A stretch of 64,000 nt of DNA from Hadesarchaea archaeon (GTDB lineage: Archaea; Hadarchaeota; Hadarchaeia; Hadarchaeales; Hadarchaeaceae): assembly GCA_029259175.1 (NCBI GenBank), contig JAPDJH010000015.1:1-64000 (forward strand). The letters run 5' to 3'. Made by a program: the position numbers and the translations under genes. Shown here piece by piece: positions 37,903-48,831 of this stretch. The notes beneath the pieces are model-generated. The model did no database searches and was not told the DNA's origin. It worked only from the letters and a program-made list of their open reading frames with translations. Position 1 is the stretch's first letter. Every line of letters begins with the position of its first letter.

Positions 37903-37930
37903 CTAACACGCCATTTTCTCTATGGTTTTC

Positions 37931-38875
37931 CTAAACTTTAAACTTAGGAGATTGGTTCAAAATCTTGCCTAACACGAGCTCTGCCCGCCTACAAAATGCA
38001 CACACCTCACCCGATGTGGGCATTCCGCATTTTTTACACTCTTTTAGGGGTGGAGCAGTTATCGATCTCTCCAGAGCCGGCAGAAGTTTGCGCATGTGAG
38101 AACTCAGAAAAACATGTCTGAAATTGGGAATGTGCTCTACAAGAGAGGACAAGTATCGTTTCTGTTCCAAGCTTCGTGCACCCTTAGCTAACGGGCAGCC
38201 GACCGTGCGCACAGGGAGCTCGTTGTACGTGGCATAGAACAGGTTTTCCTGTTCAGTCACGTTCCAGAGCGGTTTAATTTTGGCTACAAACTTCGGGTGG
38301 GTCGACGGAAGAACTGGCTTCAGTCGCACTATCTGCTCCACATCGCCGTGCAGATAGCTGTTGAATAGGGTTTCCACAATGTCGTCCATGTGGTGGCCCG
38401 TCGCGAGTTTAGAAAATCCTTGCTCCACAGCAATTTTATTCATCAAATATCGCTTGATCGTGCCACAAGGCGAACACAACCGACGTCGATAGACCGTCCG
38501 ACGAAAATCGGGAATGGAGAACCCCAGCTCCCGTTTGAGATCAAAAACTAATGACTCTACTCCGAGAACTTCAGTTATTTTTTTGAATTTTTCTTCGCAG
38601 TGATCGGAGTACTGCGGTATTCCCAAGTTGATATATAACGCCGTCATTTCCACATCTGGAAGCAACTTGCGTAACACTGCCAACAAGCTCGCGCTGTCCT
38701 TTCCGCCGGAAACCGCTACCAAAACCCGATCGTTCGGTTTTATCATTTTGAAGCGCTGAATGGTTGCTCTCACCTTGCGCTCGTAATAGTCGTTGAAACA
38801 TCTAGGACACAAGTACGTTCTACTATAGTCCAAGTATGCCTCGGCCGGTGCTCCACAAACTCTGCATTTTGCCAT
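37931..38875 (-). CDS. tRNA 2-thiolation protein, TtuA/NcsA (TIGR00269-like PP-loop ATPase)
   Basis: N-terminal CxxC..CxxC, SGGKDS, CSPC, GHHMDD, CP, C-terminal CxxC..CxxC. Confidence 0.88.
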   Translation of the reverse strand: MAKCRVCGAPAEAYLDYSRTYLCPRCFNDYYERKVRATIQRFKMIKPNDRVLVAVSGGKDSASLLAVLRKLLPDVEMTALYINLGIPQYSDHCEEKFKKITEVLGVESLVFDLKRELGFSIPDFRRTVYRRRLCSPCGTIKRYLMNKIAVEQGFSKLATGHHMDDIVETLFNSYLHGDVEQIVRLKPVLPSTHPKFVAKIKPLWNVTEQENLFYATYNELPVRTVGCPLAKGARSLEQKRYLSSLVEHIPNFRHVFLSSHMRKLLPALERSITAPPLKECKKCGMPTSGEVCAFCRRAELVLGKILNQSPKFKV

Positions 38876-38945
38876 CTTTACACCTCCAAATTATAACACG
38901 ACGTAAACTTTTATGGGAGAGGCGGTCGAATCATCAGGGGTCTGG

Positions 38946-39527
38946 ATGGTCGTCCTCTCAGGAGACCAAATCAAGGAATACATCAAACTAGGAAGAATTG
39001 TGATTGATCCGTTTGACGAAAAACTCGTTGGCCCAAGCCAAGTGGATCTGCGACTTGGCACCAAGTTCAGAATATTCAAGCAACTGAACTTGGTAGATCC
39101 ATATGATCCTAAAACACTGGAGAAAAACACCAAGCTGGTTGATACAAAAGGAAAACCGTTTATTATTCAACCGCAACAGCTCGTGCTCGGGGTCACCATG
39201 GAGAAACTCTCCATTCCCAACGATCTTGTGGCTTCGATCGAAGGTCGGTCATCAATCGCGCGAATGGGTGTTTTCATCCACATCTCTTCAGGCCATGTGA
39301 ACCCCGGATCTGGATCGAGAAAACCCATTCCTGTCACTTTGGAGATTCTGAACATGAACCCCTCTCCCGTTAAGCTCTATCCTGGGATGAGAATCTGCCA
39401 GTTGCTCTTCTACACTATGGATCGAGGAGTTAAACGTGGATACGATATCTTAGGTGGAAAATACGCTGGCAAAACAGAGCCATCACAAAGCCTTGTGTTC
39501 AAAGACAATGTCCACAGGAAGAGCTGA
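38946..39527 (+). CDS. dcd: dCTP deaminase family protein
   Basis: VDLRLG, EGRSSIARMG, TLEILN, LYPGMRICQL. Confidence 0.9.
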   Translation: MVVLSGDQIKEYIKLGRIVIDPFDEKLVGPSQVDLRLGTKFRIFKQLNLVDPYDPKTLEKNTKLVDTKGKPFIIQPQQLVLGVTMEKLSIPNDLVASIEGRSSIARMGVFIHISSGHVNPGSGSRKPIPVTLEILNMNPSPVKLYPGMRICQLLFYTMDRGVKRGYDILGGKYAGKTEPSQSLVFKDNVHRKS

Positions 39528-40068
39528 TGAAATGCATGTGAGAATTCCAAAGGATAGAATCGGCGCACTCATAGGTCCCGAAGGAAAAACAAAACACGAA
39601 CTAGAAAAACGAACAGGTGTAAAGCTCCACATAGACAGTGAAACTGGAGAGGTCGAAATTGAAAGCAAAGACAACCCTCTCGGAGTCCTGCAAGCAAGAG
39701 ATGTTGTAAAAGCTATAGGGCGTGGATTCAGCCCCGAAAGAGCCATGAGATTGCTTCAAGAAAACCAGTATCTGGATATGGTGGATATTCGCGAGTTTGC
39801 CGGAACATCGGAAAAAGCCATGCGAAGACTTCGAGGACGTGTTATCGGAGAAAATGGAAAAACCAGAGAGACCATCGAAAGGCTCTCGGGTGCCTATGTG
39901 TCTGTGTACGGAAAGACCGTGGCTCTCATCGGAAGCGCGGAGGAACTACGTGTCGCCCGAGCGGCGGTAGAGATGTTGCTGAGGGGGGCTCAACACTCTT
40001 CGGTGTATCGATACTTGGAAAGACGGAGGAAGGGAATGAAGCCGGGGTGGGCACAACCGTGGAAATAG
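39508..40068 (+). CDS. KH-domain RNA-processing protein (Dim2/Pno1-like)
   Basis: RIGALIGPEGKTK, AIGRGFSPE, GRVIGENGKTR; conserved upstream of top6B. Confidence 0.93.
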   Translation: MSTGRADEMHVRIPKDRIGALIGPEGKTKHELEKRTGVKLHIDSETGEVEIESKDNPLGVLQARDVVKAIGRGFSPERAMRLLQENQYLDMVDIREFAGTSEKAMRRLRGRVIGENGKTRETIERLSGAYVSVYGKTVALIGSAEELRVARAAVEMLLRGAQHSSVYRYLERRRKGMKPGWAQPWK

Positions 40069-40131
40069 TTTCAGCCCGCTCTCCCCACCAATCACTTAAA
40101 TTCTGAGCAATCCATGTTGGTTGGTGTGTGA

Positions 40132-43100
40132 ATGTCGACGCTGGCAGACAAGATATTCGAAGAGTTCAGGGAACACAGTGTTAGCGAGTTCTTTAGAAAA
40201 AATGCAGCCATGTTAGGATATACGGGTAAAATTCGCTCGCTTACCACCATCATCCATGAGGGGGTCACTAACTCCATCGATGCTGCGGAAGAAGCGGGAA
40301 TTCTCCCACGCGTCTATGTAGCTATAAGAAATGCGAGCACCAGCCCGGAGCACTACCGGGTGATAATCGAAGACAACGCAACGGGGATTCCGGAGGAACA
40401 CATAGCCAGTGTCTTCGGGAAGATGCTGGCCGGGACCAAGCTCCACCGCTACATGCAGCAGCGTGGCCAACAGGGGATTGGAGTCTGTATGACTGGAGAT
40501 ACAAAAGTTCCAATGGCAGATGGTTCGATAAAACGGATAGATGAAATAGTTTCCAATGATCTGAGAGGCAAACAAGTTTTGACATTAGGGCCAGATTTCA
40601 AACTCCGGCCGTCCAAAATTATAAAATGTTGGAAGATTCCGGCCCCACAGCATTTAGTTGAGCTAAAACTTCTTACGGGAAAAACGATTAAGCTCACCCC
40701 TGAAAACCCCGTTCTCGTTTTTCGTGATGGGCAGGCTGAGTGGGTAAAAGCGAAAGACATCAAAAAAGGGATGTTCGTTGGGATTTCAAAACGTCTGCCA
40801 GCGAGCTCGTCAAAGATACCTCGAGTTTTAGATATTATAAGGAAGGAAGGGCTACGCGTAGACGCGCCTGAGACGACTTCAAAATTCATAGATATTCTCA
40901 TAAAAAAACACGGAAGTCTAAAAAAGGTGTCCAAACAAATCGGAATTTCTTACGATCGGCTCAGAAATTGGACGAGACGGATGCCGAATGGAAATCCACG
41001 CGGTAGGCCAACCGTCAACGAATTCCAGATTCTTGCCAAGGCTGCCGGAGAAAATGATAGTTCAAGGCTGATAACTCGAGTGGGTAGAAATGGCTTTTAC
41101 GTAAACATCCCCCAGACGGTAAACGCAGATTTGATGTGGTTTGTGGGAGCGATGGCTGGCGATGGACATATCGGAAGCCCTGAGAACAAAAGGTGGGGTC
41201 ATGCTCTGTTTTTCCACAACAAAGATTTGGAATTATTAAATCGCGCTGAGCGCATCCTCAAGAATGTTTTCGGTTTGAGAGTAAAGCGGTATTTCGATGT
41301 GAGAAGGGGAACTTTCACATTGGAGACGTCTTCTTCGGTGGTGGCGGAAATCCTACGATATTTTGGGGTTCCCGCGGGCAACAAGACACTGACGTTGAGT
41401 ATACCCGATTCAGTATCTCGACTCCCAAACGATTTGCTCGCGGCATACTTGCGTGGTTTCTTCGACACCGATGGAGGGCTTTCTCGCCGATATCGCGAAA
41501 TCACTTTTGGTTTGATAAACAAGGAAGTGGTGGAATGCATGGCCCTTCTGCTCTTAAGATTTGGTATTTTCTCTAGGTTCAGAGTGAACAAAGAAGGCCA
41601 CAAAGTAAGTTATCAATTGGTTGTGAGCGGCAAGGAGAATCTCGTTCGTTTTGCAGAGGTTATCGGGTTTACCTCAGCGAAAAAGCAAAAGCAACTCCAA
41701 GAGTTCATCCAATCCTTTAAAGGTTCCTCCCAAAATGCATTTTTCTTCCCAGGCATACAAGCCCAGATAAGACGCCTATATCGAGCCCGCAATATCCCGT
41801 ACCATAAAATTCCATCTCGGGTGTGGAGTTCCTTCTATGCTCAGGGAATGACCCCCGGTTCTCTCACCGCGGCTTTGGACGTGCTTGAGGATCTCAACTC
41901 CTGGACTGATGTGGAATATCTGAAGGCGTTGGCTGAGGGAGATGTAGCTTGGGTAAGGGTAGTGGAGTCCAAGCTTGTTCCCGCCCAAGTGGAATATGTT
42001 TATGATTTGACTGTCGAGAACTCGCACAACTTCGTGGCAAATGGGATAATAGTCCACAATAGTGGCGCCACTATGTTTGCCCAGATGACCAGCGGAAAAC
42101 CAGTCAAAGTGACTACTTCCACCGGGAGCGGAGAAATAGTGGAAGCCGATGTGATGATCGATGTCACCAAAAACGAAGGGAAGATAGTGAGCATCAAGAA
42201 GAGGAAGGGGAGGTGGCGTGGTACCCGGGTCGAATTCGAGGTCAAGGAAGTCGTATACGTGCGCTCCCGCTACGGGCCCTTCAACTATCTGCGGATGACC
42301 GCCATAGCAAATCCGCACGTTTACATTCGATTTGACGAGCCGGATGGAGTAGTCACCATCTTCGAAAACGCCGTCACAGAGGTTCCCAAGCCGCCCAAAC
42401 CAATGAAGCCGCATCCTTGGGGAATGATGGCTGACGACTTGCTAAGACTAGCCAAACAGAGTAAAGCAAAAAAAATTACTTCTTTTCTGGCTTCGGATCT
42501 AGCCCGAGTCAGCTCCGCAAAAGCAAAACAGGTTTGCAAGCTGGCCGGAGTGGCTGAGAACAGATCACCTGGTGAACTAACGTGGGAGGAGGCTGAACGG
42601 TTGATAAAAGCTTTCAAGCAGGTAAAACTGCTTGCCCCTCCATCCGAAGGTTTGCGACCCATCGGAGCTGAAAACATCATAAGCGGGATGCGTCAGGTCT
42701 TGAAACCGGAATTCGTGCATGCCATTACACGTCCGCCCAAGGTATACAGAGGAGGGGTGCCATTCTTGGTAGAAGTGGGAATTGCGTACGGAGGAGAGGC
42801 CGGAAAAAGAACCGCCGAAGAAGTTGGGGAGGAGCAAGGTATCGAGCTAATTCGCTTTGCCAATCGTGCTCCGCTCATCTTCGACCAAGGAGCTTGTGCC
42901 ATAACAACGGCGATGCGCTCAGTCGATTGGAGGCGATACGGTATCGACATAGCAAGCTCGCCGGTGACCCTCTTCGTCAATGTGGTTTCCGCTTATGTGC
43001 CCTACACGTCAGCAGGAAAACAATCCATCGCAGAGGAGCCAGAAATAGTGGCTGAACTCAGAGCAGCCATGATGGAAGTGGCCCGAGAACTAAGACTCTT

Positions 43101-43284
43101 CCTAAATCGGAAGATAAGAATAAAGGAGAAAAAAGAGCGGGCGAAAGTGTTCGAGCGCTATCTCCCAATAATTGCGCAGAAAGCTGCTCGACTGGCGAGG
43201 ACCCGGCCGCCCGAAATAGGTAAGCTTCTCAGAAAAATTGCGGGTGAGTTGAATGACGCAGGTGAAGGGAAGCAAGAAAGCTAG
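40132..43284 (+). CDS. top6B: DNA topoisomerase VI subunit B (intein-containing)
   Basis: [53 protein letters not shown]. Confidence 0.97.
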   Translation: MSTLADKIFEEFREHSVSEFFRKNAAMLGYTGKIRSLTTIIHEGVTNSIDAAEEAGILPRVYVAIRNASTSPEHYRVIIEDNATGIPEEHIASVFGKMLAGTKLHRYMQQRGQQGIGVCMTGDTKVPMADGSIKRIDEIVSNDLRGKQVLTLGPDFKLRPSKIIKCWKIPAPQHLVELKLLTGKTIKLTPENPVLVFRDGQAEWVKAKDIKKGMFVGISKRLPASSSKIPRVLDIIRKEGLRVDAPETTSKFIDILIKKHGSLKKVSKQIGISYDRLRNWTRRMPNGNPRGRPTVNEFQILAKAAGENDSSRLITRVGRNGFYVNIPQTVNADLMWFVGAMAGDGHIGSPENKRWGHALFFHNKDLELLNRAERILKNVFGLRVKRYFDVRRGTFTLETSSSVVAEILRYFGVPAGNKTLTLSIPDSVSRLPNDLLAAYLRGFFDTDGGLSRRYREITFGLINKEVVECMALLLLRFGIFSRFRVNKEGHKVSYQLVVSGKENLVRFAEVIGFTSAKKQKQLQEFIQSFKGSSQNAFFFPGIQAQIRRLYRARNIPYHKIPSRVWSSFYAQGMTPGSLTAALDVLEDLNSWTDVEYLKALAEGDVAWVRVVESKLVPAQVEYVYDLTVENSHNFVANGIIVHNSGATMFAQMTSGKPVKVTTSTGSGEIVEADVMIDVTKNEGKIVSIKKRKGRWRGTRVEFEVKEVVYVRSRYGPFNYLRMTAIANPHVYIRFDEPDGVVTIFENAVTEVPKPPKPMKPHPWGMMADDLLRLAKQSKAKKITSFLASDLARVSSAKAKQVCKLAGVAENRSPGELTWEEAERLIKAFKQVKLLAPPSEGLRPIGAENIISGMRQVLKPEFVHAITRPPKVYRGGVPFLVEVGIAYGGEAGKRTAEEVGEEQGIELIRFANRAPLIFDQGACAITTAMRSVDWRRYGIDIASSPVTLFVNVVSAYVPYTSAGKQSIAEEPEIVAELRAAMMEVARELRLFLNRKIRIKEKKERAKVFERYLPIIAQKAARLARTRPPEIGKLLRKIAGELNDAGEGKQES
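40486..42060 (+). mobile_element. Intein (525 aa) with LAGLIDADG homing endonuclease in top6B
   Basis: QQGIGV|CMTGDT...[21 protein letters not shown]|SGA; endonuclease blocks [10 protein letters not shown] and [11 protein letters not shown]; AT-richer than the exteins. Confidence 0.96.
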
Positions 43285-44320
43285 AGAGCAGCTAGCCCAT
43301 CTGGGACGGGATGTGCTAAACGCAATTCAGAAAGGAGAAGCGCCGAAACTCAAGATCCCCTCTCGAACCACGTCGAACATAGTATATGACCCAAAACACC
43401 GCTACTATGTGCTCGGTACAAAATTCAGCTTAAGAACGGCAGCAAGCATGAAGCAAGTAAAAAAATTTGCCCAGCTGATGTGTGTTGCCGATTTCGCCGC
43501 CGAACTCATCGAAAGAGGCAAGTTCGCAACACTCCGAGAAATGTACTATACAGCTGAAGGATGGGAGACCGGGCCCTTTGCCGATCAATCCGAATCGGAT
43601 TTGCTCGTAGAAGATCTTGAAGCGATGTTTGGACTAAAACGAGAAAACCTCGGACTTATGCCGGAAGAAGACGGTGCTGCCGTGTTCGGTGAATTGGTAG
43701 TTCAAGAAGGAAATGTGAGGATCGATGCAACCAAGGCGGGAAGAGCTGGATACACCATCCCCCCGACGATTGACGACGTGGAATTTGTGAAATGTAAAGC
43801 CAAGCGAGTTATCGCGGTCGAAACCATGGGTATGTATCACCGCCTCGTACAGGAAGAGGCATGGAAAAAATTCGATGCCCTAATAGTGGGGCTCAAAGGA
43901 CAAGCAGCACGAGCGACACGCCGATTTCTCAAACGGGCAAACGAAGAGCTCGGATTGCCCGTGTACCTCTTCACGGACGGTGATCCCTTCGGCTTTCACA
44001 TTGCGATGGTCATCATCTCCGGGAGTGCCAAACTGGCTTACATAAACCACGAACTCGCTGTTCCGAATGCGCAGTTCATTGGGGTCACAGCCAGCGATAT
44101 TGTCGAATACAACTTGCCCACTGACAAATTGCGCGAGTTGGATGTGACTAGATTAAAACAGTTATTGAGGGATCCACGGTACAACAACGAGTTCTGGCAG
44201 AAGGAGATAAAGAAAATGCTTGAACTGGGTAAAAAAGCCGAACAACAGGCATTCGCCAAATACGGCTTGGAATACGTTGTGAAGGAGTACTTGCCAGCCA
44301 AGCTCGGGCTGAAGGGTTAA
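43253..44320 (+). CDS. top6A: DNA topoisomerase VI subunit A
   Basis: TLREMYY, QSESD...EDLE, VET.GM, KGQ..RATR, TDGDPFG, KAEQQA. Confidence 0.97.
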   Translation: MTQVKGSKKAREQLAHLGRDVLNAIQKGEAPKLKIPSRTTSNIVYDPKHRYYVLGTKFSLRTAASMKQVKKFAQLMCVADFAAELIERGKFATLREMYYTAEGWETGPFADQSESDLLVEDLEAMFGLKRENLGLMPEEDGAAVFGELVVQEGNVRIDATKAGRAGYTIPPTIDDVEFVKCKAKRVIAVETMGMYHRLVQEEAWKKFDALIVGLKGQAARATRRFLKRANEELGLPVYLFTDGDPFGFHIAMVIISGSAKLAYINHELAVPNAQFIGVTASDIVEYNLPTDKLRELDVTRLKQLLRDPRYNNEFWQKEIKKMLELGKKAEQQAFAKYGLEYVVKEYLPAKLGLKG

Positions 44321-44394
44321 GAATTTTAAGTGGCTTCCTCCATTATTTTTTGGTTCTGTCGTTCTGCACTCGTCTTGTTTATGAGGTGGTTCAA

Positions 44395-45747
44395 ATGGAA
44401 AAACCCCCCGTGGTAATTTTAGCCGCGGGAGAAGGAAGGCGATTATCGCTAGGAAAGGGTGTGCCGAAACCGCTTACCAAATTCGCCGGTTTGACTTTGC
44501 TAGAACGGGCTGTCCGCATGTGGCATAAGTTTGGATTCACCAAGTTCTACGTTGTGGTAGGACACGCAAAAGAAGAGGTAACCGAGGGCGCAAAGAAAAT
44601 TGCTGCCAAATTGGGAGTGGAAATTATTCCGGTGGAAAACAATGAGTGGCCTATGGGGAACGGGACCTCAGTTCTCGCAGCTTCACAGTTGATTGATCGC
44701 CCGTTTTTTCTTCAGATGGTAGATCATGTCTTTGATGCTAAAACATTGCAGGAGTTCCTCAAAAAAACAGAAAACGCTGAAATAACAGTCCTAGCTATTG
44801 ATCCGCGTGTAGATTCTGTCTTGGATATCGAAGACGCCACAAAAGTCAAGCTTGAAGGAGAGCACATTTTGGACATCGGGAAGTCATTGCGGGAGTACGA
44901 TGCTATCGACATGGGGCTGTTCTTCTGTACTCCTGAAATTTTCGAAAGTCTACGGAAAAGCAGAGAACAAAATGGAGGAAAATTATCTGACGGAGTAAGA
45001 TGGTTGGCCAACAATCGGAGGATTAAAGCCGTTGTGTTGAGCACGGGTCAATGGTTCGATATTGACAAACCAGAGATTCTGAGAGCAGCTGAGCAGGATC
45101 TCTTTGAAAGAATCAAAAAATCTGAGGACGGGCTCGTATCCAAGCACCTCAATCGCCAAATCTCGTTTCGGATTTCAAAACGATTGTCCTCTCTTCTCTC
45201 GCCTAATCCCACTACCGGGATCGCGTTCTGTGTAGCATTGCTGGGTGCGCTTTTGTTCACAAGCGGTTCGTATCTGGCCACGGCACTAGCAGGGGTGTTG
45301 ATCCAGCTTTCGTCCATACTGGATGGCTGCGACGGTGAAATTGCTCGGATACGGCTCGAGGCCTCGGCGCGCGGCGCATGGTTTGACACGGTGTTAGACC
45401 GGTATGCAGATGCACTCATCTCCCTTGCCGTTACGTACAACATGTGGATGCAGATGCGAACTGTGTGGGTTTGGCTGGGGGGATTTCTGGCCCTTTTCGC
45501 TTTTGTTGGGGTGAGCTACATCAAAAAGGAGTTCAAGCTCCGCACAGGGCAAGAAGTAAAATCATCGGTGTTCGAAAAACTCACCAAGCGGGATCTAAGA
45601 TTGTTCGGAATATTCGTTGGAGCCATAGCAGGCTTGCCCTACCATGCTATGTTAGTCATAGCATTCATTACTCATCTCTGGATGCTCCACTTCATCTGGA
45701 CGGAAATGAGAGAGAAGTTTAAGAAAGGTCAAGAGAAATCATTCTGA
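44395..45747 (+). CDS. Bifunctional IPCT/DIPPS (inositol-1-phosphate cytidylyltransferase / di-myo-inositol-phosphate-phosphate synthase)
   Basis: N-terminal ILAAGEGRRL..PKPL, GNGTS, EDATKV; C-terminal CDP-alcohol phosphotransferase DGCDGEIAR...GAWFD.VLDRYAD. Confidence 0.88.
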   Translation: MEKPPVVILAAGEGRRLSLGKGVPKPLTKFAGLTLLERAVRMWHKFGFTKFYVVVGHAKEEVTEGAKKIAAKLGVEIIPVENNEWPMGNGTSVLAASQLIDRPFFLQMVDHVFDAKTLQEFLKKTENAEITVLAIDPRVDSVLDIEDATKVKLEGEHILDIGKSLREYDAIDMGLFFCTPEIFESLRKSREQNGGKLSDGVRWLANNRRIKAVVLSTGQWFDIDKPEILRAAEQDLFERIKKSEDGLVSKHLNRQISFRISKRLSSLLSPNPTTGIAFCVALLGALLFTSGSYLATALAGVLIQLSSILDGCDGEIARIRLEASARGAWFDTVLDRYADALISLAVTYNMWMQMRTVWVWLGGFLALFAFVGVSYIKKEFKLRTGQEVKSSVFEKLTKRDLRLFGIFVGAIAGLPYHAMLVIAFITHLWMLHFIWTEMREKFKKGQEKSF

Positions 45748-46643
45748 TGCAAGAAAGGACAGAAGCGCTGATAGAAGCGCTGATGGAAGCCCGGCCCTAC
45801 ATCCAAGAATTTCACGGAAAAACGTTTGTGATCAAGATAGGGGGCCGGATTCTAGAAAACGAGAAAAAACTCGATTCGCTGGTAAGTGACATCGTCCTGC
45901 TCCATCTGCTGGGGATGAAAACCGTGATCGTTCATGGCGGTGGCCCCGAGATAAGCGAGGAAATGCGAAAAATGGGGATCAAGCCAAAATTCGTGGAGGG
46001 TCTTCGGGTGACCGATGAACAGACCATGGAGATCCTCTACGAGCAGCTCGCAGGCAAACTCAACAAACAAATCGTTCGCATGATCAATTTCCATGGAGGG
46101 AAAGCATGGGGCGCCACAGGGATGGACGGAAAGCTCATCAGAGCGCGCAAGATAACTTACAAGACGACAACCAGCAAGGGCAAGGAAGTAGAGATAGACT
46201 TGGGCTTGGTGGGAGAGGTGGAAAAAATCGACCCTTCGGGCATCCACAGTCTGCTCAAAAGCGGATGCATACCTGTAATCGCACCCATCGGAGTGGATAG
46301 TGAGGGGCGCAGCCTCAATATAAATGCAGACACGGTAGCCGCAGAGCTTGCCATCGCGTTGAAAGCGAAAAAGCTCATCTTGCTCACCGACGTTATAGGG
46401 ATATTGCGGGATCCAAACGATCCCAAAACCCTCATTTCTACTCTCACGGTGGATGAAGCTCAAGAACTGGTTAAATCGGGTGTGATCAAAAAAGGAATGA
46501 TCCCAAAAGTGGAAGCTTGTATCCGTGCGATCCAAGGAGGAGTAGACCGCTGCCACATCCTGAGCGGCATAATGGATCACGCACTGCTCATAGAGATTCT
46601 GACAAATGCTGGTGCCGGAACAATGATCGTGAGAGGAAAATGA
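45747..46643 (+). CDS. argB: Acetylglutamate kinase
   Basis: PYIQEFHGKTFVIKIGG, VHGGGPEI, GLRVTD, NINADTVA, GMIPKVEAC. Confidence 0.95.
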   Translation: MQERTEALIEALMEARPYIQEFHGKTFVIKIGGRILENEKKLDSLVSDIVLLHLLGMKTVIVHGGGPEISEEMRKMGIKPKFVEGLRVTDEQTMEILYEQLAGKLNKQIVRMINFHGGKAWGATGMDGKLIRARKITYKTTTSKGKEVEIDLGLVGEVEKIDPSGIHSLLKSGCIPVIAPIGVDSEGRSLNINADTVAAELAIALKAKKLILLTDVIGILRDPNDPKTLISTLTVDEAQELVKSGVIKKGMIPKVEACIRAIQGGVDRCHILSGIMDHALLIEILTNAGAGTMIVRGK

Positions 46644-47827
46644 TGAAGCGGGTGGAAGAGTTATTCGAAGAACACGTTGCAAACACGTACAAGCGCCAAC
46701 CGCTGGCTCTGGTTTCGGGACAGGGAATGATAGTCGAGGATGTGCGAGGAAAGCGCTACATTGACTTCGTTGGAGGAATAGCTGTATGCGCTTTGGGACA
46801 CTCGCACCCAGCAGTTGTTAGGGCGATTTCGGAACAAGCACGAAAGCTCATGCACGTATCTAATCTATATTATATCCCACAGCAAGGCCAGCTCGCAGAA
46901 CTGTTGGCCCAGATCACGCCTAAAACCATCGAGAAATTCTTCTTTTGCAACTCGGGGGCTGAAGCCAATGAGGGGGCTCTAAAGCTGGCTATAAAACACA
47001 CGAAGAAAAAGCGGATTATCGTTATGGAAGGTTCGTTTCACGGGCGAACAGCTCTCACCGTCGGGGCCACGTGGAAAAGCTCCTACCGAAGCCCGTTTAC
47101 CGCACTCATCCCGCCTGTGTTCGATTTCGTCCCCTATGGGAATCTGAGCAGTGTGGAAATGGCGATAAGGGAAGACACAGCTGCGATATTGGTGGAGCCC
47201 ATTCAGGGAGAGGGAGGGGTACGTATTCCTCCAGATGACTTTTTACCCGGACTGAGAAAACTGTGTGACGAACATGGGCTCTTGCTCATCATCGACGAAA
47301 TCCAGACGGGAATGGGAAGAACCGGACGTTGGTTTGCTTGCGAACATTGGAAAACTAATCCAGACATACTTACCGTAGCAAAGGCGCTCGGAAATGGTTT
47401 TCCAATCGGTTGCTTGGGGGCCGCAGCAGAGATTATGAGCTCGTTTACACCTGGAGATCACGCGTCCACTTTTGGGGGAAATCCGCTGGCTTGCGCAGCA
47501 GCCATGGCGACCATTAAAACCATGCGAAGACTGAAGCTCCCTCAGCGAGCCGCGAGAACAGGTGAATACTTCCTCAAACGATTGAAGGAACTGGAAAGCA
47601 CACACTCGTGTGTGGCTGAAGCGAGAGGAAAGGGTCTTCTGCTGGGTCTCGAGCTAAACTCAAGCGAGACTGCCAAGAAGACCGTAGAACTCATGAGGGA
47701 GAGAGGATTTCTCATCAATTTGACGGCGGATCGGGTGCTTCGCTTCACCCCACCACTTATCGTGGAACGATATCACATCGATGCCTTAGTAGAGGCTCTC
47801 GCTCGCATTCTCAAAGAACTCGAATAA
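46640..47827 (+). CDS. argD: Acetylornithine aminotransferase (class III PLP)
   Basis: HVSNLY, NSGAEANE, FHGRT, EPIQGEGG, DEIQTGMGRTG, AKALGNG, STFGGNPL. Confidence 0.92.
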   Translation: MMKRVEELFEEHVANTYKRQPLALVSGQGMIVEDVRGKRYIDFVGGIAVCALGHSHPAVVRAISEQARKLMHVSNLYYIPQQGQLAELLAQITPKTIEKFFFCNSGAEANEGALKLAIKHTKKKRIIVMEGSFHGRTALTVGATWKSSYRSPFTALIPPVFDFVPYGNLSSVEMAIREDTAAILVEPIQGEGGVRIPPDDFLPGLRKLCDEHGLLLIIDEIQTGMGRTGRWFACEHWKTNPDILTVAKALGNGFPIGCLGAAAEIMSSFTPGDHASTFGGNPLACAAAMATIKTMRRLKLPQRAARTGEYFLKRLKELESTHSCVAEARGKGLLLGLELNSSETAKKTVELMRERGFLINLTADRVLRFTPPLIVERYHIDALVEALARILKELE

Positions 47828-47858
47828 AAAACATTTTAAAAATGAGTAGTGGGGATAT

Positions 47859-48791
47859 GTGGAGGTGACTGATTTGAACAAACGAGACTTGTTGGGAATG
47901 GGAGACCTCGAGCCAGCGGAGGTTACCCGGCTGATCCAAGCAGCGGAACGATATAAGCGAAATCGTGGTGCAAAAAGCAACGAACTCTCTAACAAGACCA
48001 TTGCTCTCATCTTCGAAAAACCGTCAACTCGAACAAGGGTATCGTTCGAAGTTGCGATAAGAGAGATGGGAGGAGAGTCCCTCTTTTTGAGCTCCCAGGA
48101 ACTCCAGTTGGCCAGAGGTGAAACAATCGCCGATACCGCACGAACTTTGAGCCGGTATGTTCACGGACTGGTGGCAAGAGTTAGATCGCATGACTCTCTG
48201 GTGGAGCTCGCGCGTTACAGTTCTGTTCCGGTAATCAACGCGCTCAGTCCGCTTGAGCATCCATGCCAGACACTAGCAGATCTGCTGACCATCTGGGAGA
48301 AGAAAAAACGGCTGCAAGGAGTGAAGGTCGCATGGGTTGGAGATGGGAATAACGTGTGTAACTCGCTGGCTCTGGGATGCACGATGGTCGGCGCAGACAT
48401 CAGCCTAGCGATTCCAAAGGGGTACGAACCACCACGCGAGATTTTAGAAAAAGCTCAGGCGTACGCATCAAAGTCCGGAAGCAAGATCACGCTCACCTCC
48501 AATCCCGAGCAAGCGGTCGCAGATGCGGACGTGGTCTACACGGATGTGTTTGTCTCAATGGGACAGGAGAGCGAAAGAGAGAAAAGGATGAAAGACTTCG
48601 ATGGATTTCAGGTCACGGGCGAACTCATGAAGCTGGCTAAGCCGAACGCGATCTTTATGCATTGCCTGCCGGCTCACCGCGGGGAAGAAGTCACGGAAGA
48701 AGTCATCGATGGGCCCCAATCGGTGGTGTTCGATCAGGCCGAAAACAGGCTTCACGCTCAGAAAGCGGTTTTGGCGTTTTTTGTCGGGTGA
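47859..48791 (+). CDS. argF: Ornithine carbamoyltransferase
   Basis: FEKPSTRTR, HPCQ, GDGNNV, TDVFVSMGQE, HCLP, QAENRLH. Confidence 0.97.
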   Translation: MEVTDLNKRDLLGMGDLEPAEVTRLIQAAERYKRNRGAKSNELSNKTIALIFEKPSTRTRVSFEVAIREMGGESLFLSSQELQLARGETIADTARTLSRYVHGLVARVRSHDSLVELARYSSVPVINALSPLEHPCQTLADLLTIWEKKKRLQGVKVAWVGDGNNVCNSLALGCTMVGADISLAIPKGYEPPREILEKAQAYASKSGSKITLTSNPEQAVADADVVYTDVFVSMGQESEREKRMKDFDGFQVTGELMKLAKPNAIFMHCLPAHRGEEVTEEVIDGPQSVVFDQAENRLHAQKAVLAFFVG

Positions 48792-48831
48792 AATTTTATA
48801 AGCGGGCAGATGGTTGGTTTGAAGGGATAGG

